Source: Bugula neritina
Taxonomy: Eukaryota > Animalia > Bryozoa
Reading direction: 5' to 3'
Assembly (NCBI GenBank): GCA_964035545.1
Contig: CAXIUT010000146.1
Location: forward strand, 1 to 31,520
Length of the DNA stretch: 31,520 bases
The notes under the pieces are model-generated. The model ran no database searches and was not told the origin of the DNA. It was given only the letters and a program-made list of their open reading frames with translations. Positions 1 through 11,696 of the stretch are shown piece by piece (within the stretch, counting starts at the first letter, position 1; every line of letters starts with the position of its first letter). A program made the translations under genes and the position numbers.

Positions 1-82
1 CCCAACCCCAACCCCCAACCCCAACCCCAACCCCAACCCCAACCCCAACCCCAACCCCAACCCCAACCCCAACCCCAACCCC
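1..82. repeat. Telomere (CCCCAA)n, left chromosome end
   Basis: Perfect C4A2 hexamer array at the 5' end, in the orientation expected for a Tetrahymena-type telomere. Confidence 0.98.
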
Positions 83-274
83 TTAATATTATATCAACTC
101 AACATAAAATAGATAAATAATAAAGATTAATATATTGATAAAACAAGAATAGAATGGCTAGTTTTAAATATCTAGAACTACTTTTATGAGAATAATACCA
201 TTTTGTATAAGGTTGTAGGAATAGAGTATAAATTGAATTGAATAGTTCCATTTTCTATATTAAAAATATAACTA

Positions 275-875
275 ATGCTGTGGGATAACAACCTGTCTAT
301 GACCTAAAAGGCTAAAAGAGAAGAATACCTTAAAACTAAAATCAGTTAAGGATTCACTCTCTTCTACGATAAAAAGAAAAACTACATAGAAAAAAAAGAA
401 GTCCCCTATGTCATGAGATATCTCGGACAGTTCCCCTCAGAAGCACAAGTCAGAGACGCCATTCTCCCAGAAGTAGCCATCTTATAACCTAGATCTAAGA
501 AGATGAACCTCTAGAATCAATCAAATATTCCAAATTCGAACCATACATGCTTAGAGGTATTCCCATGGTTATAAAGTTCTCAAATAGCAAGAATTTTAAC
601 CTGATGATCCAGAAACAGTACTAGCTGCTTTCAGATTATTAGACCCAGAAGGAAAAGGATACATAGAAATCGAGTAAATGAAACGTCACCTCTAGACATC
701 AGGTATTGAATTCGGATAGAAATAAACAAAAGATTTCGTTTAGTTTTCTACAAACAAAGACTCAGAAGCTAAAGTTATCTATTATGAAGATTATCTTTCA
801 AGATTATATAGTTTTGTTGACAAACATCTCTAAAACATAATGAAAGGATACCCAACTTATCAAGCAAAAAAATGA
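275..875 (+). CDS. EFCAB2: Dynein regulatory complex subunit 8 / EF-hand calcium-binding domain protein 2
   Basis: With TAR=Glu and two 20-nt GT-AG introns (473-492, 557-576) it reads KISEGFTLF..VMRYLGQFPSEAQV..IEEDEP..KFEPYMLRVL..TVLAAFRLLDPEGKGYI..IYYEDY, matching the DRC8/EFCAB2 pattern. Start is ATG 275 or 299; TGA at 873-875. Confidence 0.85.
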
Positions 876-952
876 TTATTAGAAACTTAACATTTAATAT
901 CCATTTTATAGTTTTTTTTTATTAAGAATAAATATCTTAATTGCCACACAAT

Positions 953-1405
953 ATGGATGAACAAACATACGTTATGGTTAAGCCTGAAGGAGTTCAAAGA
1001 AATAAAATAGGAAACATCATATCTCGATTTGAATAAAAAGGATATCAGCTCAAAAATATGAAAATGACAATACCAACTCAAGAACTCATCTCTCAACACT
1101 ACGGATACCTTCACTAACAACCCTTCTTTCCAGCTTTAGTCGATCACTACGTCTCCTCTGGACCAGTTGTATGCATGGTATGGCAAGGGCAAGGTGTAGT
1201 AGCAGCCGGAAGAAGACTTCTAGGCATCACAGATCCTCACCTCTCCAATCCCCAGACCATCAGAGGAGACAACGCAGTCCTCCTTTCTAGAAATGTATGT
1301 CATGCATCTGATAGCGTTGGAAACGCCAAAAGATAGATCAATATCTGGTTTCAAAGCTAGCTTATTGATTGGAATCAACATAGCCATAAATGGATTTACT
1401 AATGA
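953..1405 (+). CDS. NDK: Nucleoside diphosphate kinase (group I NDPK), 150 aa
   Basis: Intronless. [49 protein letters not shown] (catalytic His)..REINIWF..WIYE then TGA. Confidence 0.97.
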
Positions 1406-1425
1406 TATTAATTTTCGATGTATAA

Positions 1426-3564
1426 TCATTCTAACTTAATTTTTTTATTTCCAAACATTCTCCCTACAGTCTCCATCAACTCCTAGTACTTCAAACGACG
1501 ATATCGACCAAAGATCATGTCCTCTTTAAATCTGCCAGCTCTACCCTTCTACACACCCTGTAGTACCAAAACCAACTCATGATCACTCAAATATATGTCC
1601 TAGTTGTGTCTGATCCACTACTCGATTTCAGATGTCAAAAGGTTGCTTTTGTGATAACTGTCTAATGTGTTACTTGATAGATCCTTTTCCTAAGTTTTGA
1701 AGAAATTCAGTAAAATCTACTTTTTCTGAAGAGCTTTTTCTCGTCGGGTAAGTTCAATACTTGAATAAGCACAGCTTTTGAACATTTAGAAAGATTTATC
1801 TAACCTTTTAGCTTACATTGTTACAGGATTGTTGATTGTTTGATGAACAAGAGACCATTCTACATCTTAATAATTCTTTAAGATTTTGATTTGGATGGCT
1901 TCTTCACTGATCTTATATCTGATATTTTATCTTTTTAAGTCCTAAAGAATAGATTTAATTGTTTTTTGCAATTTAGTTGATATATTAAGCAAATTAACCT
2001 TTCTCCTTGTCTCCTATATCTAGGGAAACTCCTTTTTCATCCTTGACAAACACTCAATATCGATTTCAATTTCATACATAGTTCGATAGTTTATCCCTAA
2101 AACACAATTAGTTTCCAAAGAATTTATAATTTTGTTAAATACCTTTGTAGATATCTCATATTTCTTGCAAAAAGTATTTATTTTTAACACTTTCTACTCA
2201 TCCTTTTAGACATATTGCTTGCTAACAGTATAATTATCCAACAACTTGTCTTCAATACAATCAGAATAATATCTTTTACGACTTTGTTATTCCTTTTTCA
2301 AAGGCTTTTCCACCATTTTCATCACAACTTTCTGAAGATACTCCATAGTCATCAACTCAGAAGTTATTCCGTTACGATAGTTGTAATAGTCATTCTCAGA
2401 AAACAATAACAACTTGTCTTTTGTAGTAAAACATGATTAAGTAAATTTAACCACATCAGTAAAGGAATAATAGATAGCCAAATCGAAATGGCAAAACCTC
2501 AAGAAGTCAGTATTTCTAGTTATAGTTATCTCACAATTACCAATCTTCTTGATAACCTAGAAAGCCTTCTCCTCATCTCGTTACTCACACCTATCCATCA
2601 TTTATTCCACAACGAAATCATTCAATTCTGTCTGATTCAAGTAATCAAACAAATTAATTGAAGTTTTAGACTCCATCATCAACTTTTTATTCAAGGCATA
2701 CCCTTCCTGTCTTTTATTGACCAAAATAACTATCTTTTTATACTCTGACTTCTGAAGATAAGATAACATAGTTTTAAATTTGTCTTCTTGAGTTGTTTTC
2801 AAGACTATAAAGTTATACTAGCTAGAACGAGGACGGTTGATTTCCTTCATATGCATCTCCTTTATGAGTTGATGATAGTGTTAAGGCATCAAAGTATGAT
2901 AGAGAGCCAATATTCTGTTAGGACTTGTTCTTGATACTATCTTTGACAAAAGCTGGTGATGATTTTCATACAAGTGCATGTCAGGGATAATAATAAGATC
3001 ACATTCGAACGTATGATACTCTTCTGATTTGAAGAGAGCAGGAGTTATGAATAGAAGTTTCAATTTTTTGAGCTAGTAGAGTTAAAGAACTCTAATTTTG
3101 TCTTACTCTTACTGACTACTACTGAGTACACCCCATTTCAATTTGCTTAATCTGCCAATTTATTCCATTTTTCCGATCCAATACCCAGGATATTCAGTCA
3201 CAATAACAGCAGTTCCCTCTATTTTTTGATGAAGTATATGCAACAATCTAGCAACGGATTGAAATTGAATATAGGCTAGTCCACAATAGTCTTAAGTTTA
3301 TTAAAGCCATTAGCAGATATTTTTGATTTATTCAGTAACAGATAACATAGTCTGTTTGCAGACTGATTCATTGATTTAGCTTTTAAGCTGATGAGAGTCA
3401 TTGAAGATATGTTAAAAATCTTTATCAAGACTGACCTTTAACAGAGATTACTTCAAGAGAGTTTTTTTGACAGATTGGTCATATTGATAGTGAATGTTGT
3501 CACGAATTACATCAGCCAGTTCGTGACTTTCGTTGGGATTCACATTTTCTTGCTCTTCAATCAT
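1426..3564 (-). CDS. RecQ4 (RECQL4)-like protein with degenerate helicase motifs, 712 aa
   Basis: Uninterrupted 2139-nt frame under code 30. Spacing is RecQ-like (EGTAVIVTEY, KLKLLFITPA, LIIIPDMH). The C-terminus (AKRLDKSFEMFKSCAYSS..LTSEIEEWIR..LSDHELVLVLQGV..IFGRYRRLKYEELM) resembles the RECQL4-specific C-terminal region as I remember it. Confidence 0.65.
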
Positions 3565-3603
3565 ATATTCAAACTAATATCAGTTAAATTATAAAATACT
3601 ATA

Positions 3604-5482
3604 ATGCATAGCGGTTAAAACAAAGCCAACGCACGAGGACCACTCATAGGTACCCACCTCTTCACACAGCCGTCATCAAAATAGAAATAGACCAAAATAG
3701 AACAGACAGAATCTTCCTACACCAAAACGACTCAGACTCCCTGCTCGCAGAATAGTTCATAGACAAACACTAACTCAATCCAGTACTAGTCAGCCATATC
3801 TACTAAAGAATCAAATATAGTAGATAAAGTGTAGAATAAAACCTGACTCTCACTCCTAGAAATAACTAGTCAAAAAACTAATACGAGAAAAACAACTATA
3901 AATTAGAAACACCTGTAAACTACATAAACGATCGATACTACGAATAGCAATCATTTGGTACTGGTATAATAAAGAAAAAGACAGATAAAGATAACAAATA
4001 CCAACACATAAAAAATAAATATGAATTCGATCAAGATGATAACTATCTCATAAGATAGAATGAAGAATAATTATTTACAGATAGATAATAACATAGAAAA
4101 TCAACTAAAAATAATTATTAACCTACAACCAAACAATCAATACTGAAAAATAAATAATTTATAATCTACGATAAATAACAAGAATAATAAAGATAAAATA
4201 ATCTATTCAATCAACCAAAAAACAAACACAACTATCGCTAGCTATCAGCTCCTAAAATAAAAGATCAATACCGCTATCACAACCACCTGAATTCAGATAA
4301 AAAACAAAGAAACGTACTATAGATAATAACCCAACAATAACAAAACAAAATAGGCCAGTCAAAATCAATGATAAAACTATAAAAGAAATAACCACAACAA
4401 GTACATAATCTAGCACCAACAACAACTCAAAAAGAAACAAATTATAATAAACCATTTCATGTAAAAATAATAAAAAGATAATAAATGGAATCATTGAATA
4501 GTTCATTAAAAAAGAGCAAATCAAAACAATAAATATCAAGAATAAATCAAAATGTAACAAGAAGATTATATAACTAGCAATAGATAAAGAAAAATTATTT
4601 ACAAAAGATAAAATAGAAAGCAAAAAAAGATAAATAATTATAGTATGATAAATAACTAACTTTAAAACCTAATATCAATAAAGTTAGTAAAGTTATAGCA
4701 TAAGATAGAAAAAATAATACTCCTTTGTAGATATATCTAATAGAAGAGGGTAAAAAAATAAATAATAAAATACAATAAAATCATCATAAAAAAATATAAT
4801 AGTAAATGAAAAATTGTTCATTCAAACCCACCATCAACCAAATCAGCCAAAAAATAAATTAATCTAGATCCAGTAAAATCAAATATAGAAAATAATATAA
4901 AATTAAATCAACTTTAAACCTTAAATCAATTAAGTTACCTTAGAATTAATGAAAAATAAAGGTAACTTCTAATAAAGACAAAAATAATATCTCTAAAATA
5001 AACATTAAAAATTAGCATAACTTGTATAATAAAAATTACTAGCTTAAAAAATAGACTTATCTACTGGACAACAACTCTTCAAACCCATCATCAACGACAT
5101 AGGGGTCAGATAAAATCAAGGCCACAACATTGGCAACTACCTCCACAACATCAACAAGAATATACCTGTTGATAACAACTCACCGAAAAGGCCAAGAATT
5201 AGTGAATCATCAAACAACATGGTAGAACATATGCACATGAAAAGAATAGCATGGTTATTTGGATAGTTAGATAGCGACCAAGATGGCATGATATCTGCCC
5301 AGAAGATCAATATCGATGGGATCAGTCCATAGATACTATCAATCATAAAACCTATTTTATTTTAGATGTAAGAAATCAATTAACAGTTGACTTTGGAGTA
5401 GTTTAAAAATGCTATAGATATTTTACATAGAAAATTAAATATTTTAGAAAAGAATGTCCTTTATACTCAAAAATGCAAATGA
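3604..5482 (+). CDS. Hypothetical protein with low-complexity middle and C-terminal EF-hand-like motif
   Basis: ATG 3604; 20-nt intron 3650-3669; N-terminal AVIKIEIDQNRTDRIFLHQND..LAEEFIDKHEL; C-terminal LFGELDSDQDGMISAQKINID; TGA 5480-5482. The length requires one more small intron or indel that I did not locate. Confidence 0.75.
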
Positions 5483-5565
5483 TTTTATTTTAACAAACAA
5501 TATCTACTATATGTATAATAATGACTTAATAGTAATATATGCATAATGATAACATAATAGCACTT

Positions 5566-5642
5566 TTGGGGTTGGGGTTGGGGTTGGGGTTGGGGTTGGG
5601 GTTGGGGTTGGGGTTGGGGTTGGGGTTGGGGTTGGGGTTGGG
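5566..5642. repeat. Internal telomeric tract (TTGGGG) x ~13, oriented as the right end of the 1-5642 molecule
   Basis: Perfect G4T2 array of 77 nt, 83 nt downstream of a stop codon, similar in length to the two terminal tracts. Confidence 0.97.
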
Positions 5643-7481
5643 AATATCACCAACACGATTCCCATCACCGACAATATCACAATACATACTATCAACACAT
5701 AAACCAAGGAATCAGTGGGCAATATATATATCTTTATACTCCATCTATAATATCACAATAGTTACGAATCAGTCTACCCTCCACTGAATACAGCCAATTG
5801 ACTATTAGGTATAATCGGTGACCAAGATCGAGAAGAACCCAAATGACCGATTGTAAATTGCTAGATATAGTTATTCGATCGACCAAGACCAGCTACCACA
5901 TAAGACGTAGGAATGGCATCATAGGCAGTTTGATACATTTGAGAATAAACAGCAGTTCTTTGACTACTTCCCAAAGAATTAAGCCAGTAAAACGTAGCAC
6001 CAGCTACCTGCGTTCCAGAACCAGAGGAAACACCATTTGTTCCATATCCTTTAATATAAAAATTATTCTGATTTAGATAGTTATTATAAAGAACCATAGT
6101 AGAACCATTACTCAATGTTATCATAATATCAACAATCCTAAATATAAGTATAATATACCCATTCTACAACACATCAAAGAAATTAACATGAGAAATATTG
6201 AACTCATTACTAGCAAATTAGTTAACTGCATTCTAGTATACATCATAAGACTAAAAACCCTCTTCATCAGTATTATAGTTATTTTTGTATACCTGAACTA
6301 CATTTAATTATTCCTTAAGACACGTAAACATCAAATCAGCATACCCATCGATATTCAAATCACCAAAGTGGATATGTTGCTATAATAGAGTACATTTTTA
6401 AGGAAGAGATATTATTTTAGGAAAAATCCAAATAAAATTAAACGTTGTCTTGCCTGATATGCAAAACTAGTCAGGCGTGTTTTAGCTATTTTGAAATATC
6501 ATCAAACTAGTACTGTTGGCCAATATTAACTAGTGCTGGCCATCATAGTCTACCTTTATTATTATATCAATTTACATCGATAAAAGATAGTGATTTAAGG
6601 TTGTCTACACCCACTTATGACAATTTAAGTGTTTTACCTAATTTATAAAGATAAATACTCAAGAAAAATCCTTTGTCATAGTAAACCCAAAACTATATTT
6701 CTTATTTATTGTTAGTAAGAACCAACTAAGGATTACAATCATTAGTCAAATCAATAAAACTATTCCAATGTCTATCACTAAACCCAACCTTCTCATTGGT
6801 CGTCACGTTAGTCAAAGTCTACCACTTCAATGAGGTACTAAATACCAATAAAACTACTAGCTATTAGCTATAAAACTAAATATCCTACGAGTCATAGTTT
6901 AACTATCAAATAACAACAAATATCCCATTCTAGCCCCATTAACATTAGACTAAAAGAGTATGGGTTGAGTAGTAGGTTGAAAATTTTGTATATAACTAGA
7001 TTTAGAATTAAACGACATCCTACTCTGAATCATAGGATAAAGACAATTAGTCCCATTAGAGTATTTGCCCCAAACAGTCACATCCAACTTCCCATCTCCA
7101 TTCGCATCATCTACACTAGATTCATATCATACATAAATAAGCAGATAAAGCTTAACATCCACTTTAAGGTTAGATTGAATACTGTTGAGTATAAAGTCCA
7201 TTATTATCGCCTTAGGTTTGGTAGTAATAAATCAAAATATTTTTAGATTATGTATTAAGAGCCACATAATCAGCTCGAAGGTCGTTATTGAAATCGCCAT
7301 AGCCTAGTATTTTATTTTTAAGTGAAGAATTATCATTATTTAGCTATATTTTATAAACTCCTTCTTCAGGATATGAGAAATCAAATAAACGAGTTAAGAA
7401 ACAGTTCGACCGGTCTGAACATTTAGAATAAATTGATTGAATTAGAAACAATAGAAATACTACCTGCTTGACCCTATTCAT
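5643..7481 (-). CDS. ITFG1: ITFG1/LINKIN (T-cell immunomodulatory protein)-like FG-GAP membrane protein, 3'-truncated at the telomere junction
   Basis: Signal peptide [19 protein letters not shown]; [13 protein letters not shown]; [11 protein letters not shown]; [29 protein letters not shown] followed by a TM helix. Introns at 7111-7132 and 5745-5765. The cytoplasmic tail and native stop are missing. Confidence 0.9.
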
Positions 7482-7560
7482 ACTTATATTCTTATATTAT
7501 AATTCTAATCATCTTTTGATTATTAACAAAATCATAATTCTTGCTTAAATCATTTGAGTC

Positions 7561-7616
7561 AATATCTCATAGCTAGTTGATTTAATATGTCATAGTTAGT
7601 TGATATAATATATCAT
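7561..7616. repeat. Imperfect 23-bp tandem repeat (2.4 copies) in a divergent intergenic region
   Basis: aatatctcatagctagttgattt / aatatgtcatagttagttgatat / aatatatcat. Confidence 0.7.
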
Positions 7617-7704
7617 TCTTATTGATTAAAATTGATGTTGATTTATAGATAATAAATAAGTGCTATTTATAAGATTGAATAATTTGATTTATAATTGACT
7701 CTTT

Positions 7705-9039
7705 ATGCTCAAATCACCAGAACACTAAATGAAAATTAGAATAGCCTGTCTAGAAAACGTCCAGCAAAAAGCAGATTCAAACGTATAAAAATAAAAAGTA
7801 GCTGCTATCATCAAAAAACTTAACCTATCCAGAGATTACAAATAAGTCACAAGTGATCTACTAAATTTATAAAAAAATCAATTCAAAATATACTGTCTAC
7901 TACTAGATGGCTACAAAGGTTTTAGAAATTCATTTATTGAACTAGATAAATAAAGATAAATAAAATAAAATATAGATATTGATAACTATCTACTACAACT
8001 TGTCCCCAAAATTGCATTAACATCAGATAGATTAACACATGACGGAGTCATCTCTAAATATTTTGTGTTATTTTTGAAATAGTTTACTAAAAAATATCCC
8101 AGTTATGATAGAGACTTTCTCAATGTTTGGAAAACTCAAGCTGCTAAGTTGATGGAATAATAAGCTAGAAGAAGATAAAAAGCAGAACAAGCTAAAGAAG
8201 TAGCTAAAGGATTAAAAGAACCAAATAAAGCACCCAGACAACAAGAATCAGATGATGACTCAAGTTCATAAAAAACACCACCACCAAAATTGAAAACTCA
8301 TCAATAAAAAATCCAATAAGCCAAAGAAAGATAGAAATAGAAGTAAAGACAAAAGCAACTGAGATAATAATAATAAAGAAAAAGATAAGAAGATAAGAGA
8401 AAAAGATAATAATATCAAAAAAAAGCAGATCATCGATAATCTTCAAAAATCAGCTATAAAAAAGGAAATTACATTGAAAAATATTTACTATCAAGAAAAG
8501 ATCTACATTTTGAAAAGAATAAATCTAAAGAAGTAGCATAATACTTATAAGCTAAACTAGATCAATTCATGAAAACTGCCATCGAGTCTATGTACGATAT
8601 CGCATGTCTAAAAAACAAGAAAGATCCAAGATTTGGAAATTAATTAGGTTACTTTGCTTAAGATAACAAAAGAGTACAAACAACCCAGTAGTTTTACTTT
8701 TAACCTAACAGCAAAATCAACAGTCTCTTCTACCCCCATAAACATGAACTCTATTCCAACCTAAGAATCAGATAAATCAAAGAAGAAGAAGAACTGAGGT
8801 TAAAACTCTAACAAAAGACAAATGAAGCAGATAAAAAGATCGACAAACGTATTTAAAACTACATTCTTAAGCCAAGACCTAAATAGTCTGATTTTACTAT
8901 GATTCCTTTCAGAGAATAAAAAGACGGATACCGCAGCAAAACAATAACTATCAGTCCAGAACATGTCATTTACTACCTTGAAAACCACCCTTGGCTCAAA
9001 AATTCACTTCTTCTTTTTAATGTTTACCACCGATTTTGA
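7705..9039 (+). CDS. Putative TFIID subunit TAF4-like protein, 444 aa
   Basis: Open frame under code 30. Histone-fold-like EVAEYLEAKLDQFMKTAIESMYDIACLKN and terminal TITISPEHVIYYLENHPWLKNSLLLFNVYHRF resemble the TAF4 histone fold and conserved C-terminal domain. Confidence 0.55.
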
Positions 9040-9093
9040 TATATATCCTCAATATTTAATCATTTAAATAGTTAAAAAAATATCATTTTATAT

Positions 9094-10859
9094 TCATATC
9101 TACTCTTAGTTATATCTCTTGAGAATTGCCAACTTTGCCTCAGCTGCTTAGATAAAATTCTTCTATACACTTCTCTTTCCCTTCATGTGATCATCAAAAT
9201 TCATTGATTATTGAGCTGAATTAAGATATTTATCATTTTGTTTTGCCCTTTGTTCTCTCATAAAAGCCTATAACTTTATCAACTCATGATCTTTTTCATC
9301 AAGTTTTCGATCATAATCAACAGATACTTCTCCACTATGATCAATAGTTCTAGATCTTTTGATATCTTCGAGATAATTTTTATACCTTCTAACTGGAACT
9401 TTATTTTAAGGAATTTATTAGAGATTAAGATTCTACTTAATTTTATTTTTTGCTTTCAACTAACCAACCAGAACATGCATCCTTTATAGATTCTTTTTGC
9501 CTTCTTCAATATATTGTCTGCTATTTTGTACATGTTTATTATGATGATTTATCTTTTTAATTACCTCTTATAACTATCTATGCTTCTTCTAGTCAGGTTT
9601 AGGTATATAATGCATCTTAACATGCTCAGAAAAATCAGTTTGCTTTTTAAGTAATGAAATTCTCATCTAACTATCATCCATTCCTGAACTTCTAGTCACC
9701 ATTTTGTAAAATTTACTTCTATAAGGTAAATCATGAGATCTTAATTACATCTAATGTTCTTTTAATTATCTTTGCTATTATCTAAGTAAATCACTTTACT
9801 CTTTTTATTCATCATATCTTTCCATATGTTCATTTATTTTGTCAAAAGTCACAGATCTTTTTTAATTTATGATTTATTTCATTTTCTTTTACTTGATCTT
9901 CTGTTATTATATTTACTGATTTAACAATTTTTCTTACATTTACTTGAAAAGAGGCTTTTTAATACTTGCACTTGAAATGAATTTCAAATATTCACTATGA
10001 ACTTTTTTTTTATGTTCACTTTATTTAGTCTGCTTTTCTTTCCTTTTATCTATTCTTTTTAAAATCTACTCACGTTTCACTATTTTAACTTCTTCTTATT
10101 GATTTTTTTTCTATTGAACACTTTTAACTTACATCTTATTCTGTCTATCTCTTTGATAAATTAACAATTCTTCATGCCTCTTTGATTATTCCTGCATTTT
10201 TCTTACAAATTCTTATGCTTTTCGATTTTGAATTAAATCAAATCTTTCTCTCTGACGAACAGACACATCTAGAACTCCATTCGCTACTTAACTTTAGTTC
10301 ATCTAATGTCTTAAACTATTGATATTTTTTTTGACTAATTATTCAGTAATACTATTTAAATGTTTAGCTTCTTTCTGATTCTGATTCTAAATTACTATAA
10401 AAATACATTTTTTCTTCCAATTTGATATCTACCATCCCAAATACCTGCCTATACTTCATTATGAATCCCCTAAAACATATTATTTAGCTATTCTTTAAAC
10501 CCAACACCTACATTTTTCAAATGTATTTCTACAAAATCAACAGAAGTATTCACAATAGCCTGATAAATCCTTTCCTAACTAAATTTTTTTCTTTAATTTA
10601 TAACATCAACTAAGATAGAATCAAGTCCAATCTTAGATAATTTTCTAATTTGTTCTAACTATTCAACAAAATTATCAAAAGAAGTTTACCTATAAACCTC
10701 ATTACTCATAAATACCGATTTATGTTCTTCAATAGTAGCCATAGAAGGCAAAGGAGGTAATGCCTTTTTATTTGATTATGATTTTTGAGGTAATTATTTA
10801 ATGATTTCTACATTTGGCTATTACTAGATATGATTTTAATGTCCATGATCGAGAAGCAT
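9094..10859 (-). CDS. Hypothetical coiled-coil protein
   Basis: E/K-rich frame restored by a 20-nt intron at 10387-10406; contains KKPLFKEMEEKL and ends FIEAAEAKLAILKRYNEEEI then TGA. Confidence 0.75.
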
Positions 10860-10950
10860 ATTATCAAAATATAATTATTATCTTTTTATAAACTTAAAAA
10901 CAATAAATTTTACTTAACAGAATAATTATTAGATCTTTAATTATTAGATA

Positions 10951-11696
10951 TCATTAGAATATTTTTTTAATTGATCTTCCTCGATATTTATTCATTCTTG
11001 GAGTCAAAACCCTCCTCAAATAACGATCTTTCTACCTCATAGTCGAATTATCCTATTTATCATATCCAACTTTACTATTCTAATTAGGTAAAGTAGAATA
11101 ATCCGTCCTCTTTATCTTTTTATAATTTTTATTCTCTCCAGTTTCTTTAAGAATATCTTTCAACTTCTTATCCGCTCTAACTTTAGTCTTCAAATGAAAA
11201 GTTGGACTGATTTCTTTCTTGCTATTTACAATATCAATCAATATTTAATTTCTCGTCTTGTTTCTTTACCTCTCAATCTCAAAGGACTTGAACTGATCCT
11301 AATTTAAAGTTTTCTCTCTCAATGGCAATTTTAGCTTATTTAACTATTTTCTGATAGATTTACCAATATTTATACTATGATTATCCAATACCCATTTTAC
11401 CTATAAATAATTTTTCCATTTGCAATCTTCTATTTTTACTATTTAATCTTCCTCTTCGTCTATACCCTCAAAATGTTGCCAATATTATTATTCCAACAAG
11501 TGATCTAAGACCCACTATTCTAATTTCGATATTTATCGATTAAACATTTATCAATTTCCTGAGATTAAGTGATGGCAAGTAGCTTACTTGTGGCGTCTTG
11601 TCCCATTGAAGATAAGTATTCATCAGCATACTACTATCCATGATATTGGGATATTATTTGCGTAGGATGACGACTCAATACAAATCTCCTTGACAT
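10951..11696 (-). CDS. Hypothetical protein
   Basis: Clean frame from ATG 11547 to TGA 10951. An upstream frame from ATG 11696 joins if one base is missing near 11548, so the 5' end is uncertain. Confidence 0.55.

Noticed and set aside
83-145. Shared chromosome-breakage motif next to the three telomeres
   Set aside because: Comparing the three subtelomeres by eye gave only AT-rich similarity, with no motif at a fixed distance; three ends are too few.
5507-5787. ORFs with (PT)n and (GL)n repeats, or an ITFG1 with a Pro-Thr tail
   Set aside because: These are translations of the telomeric tract across a probably chimeric junction.
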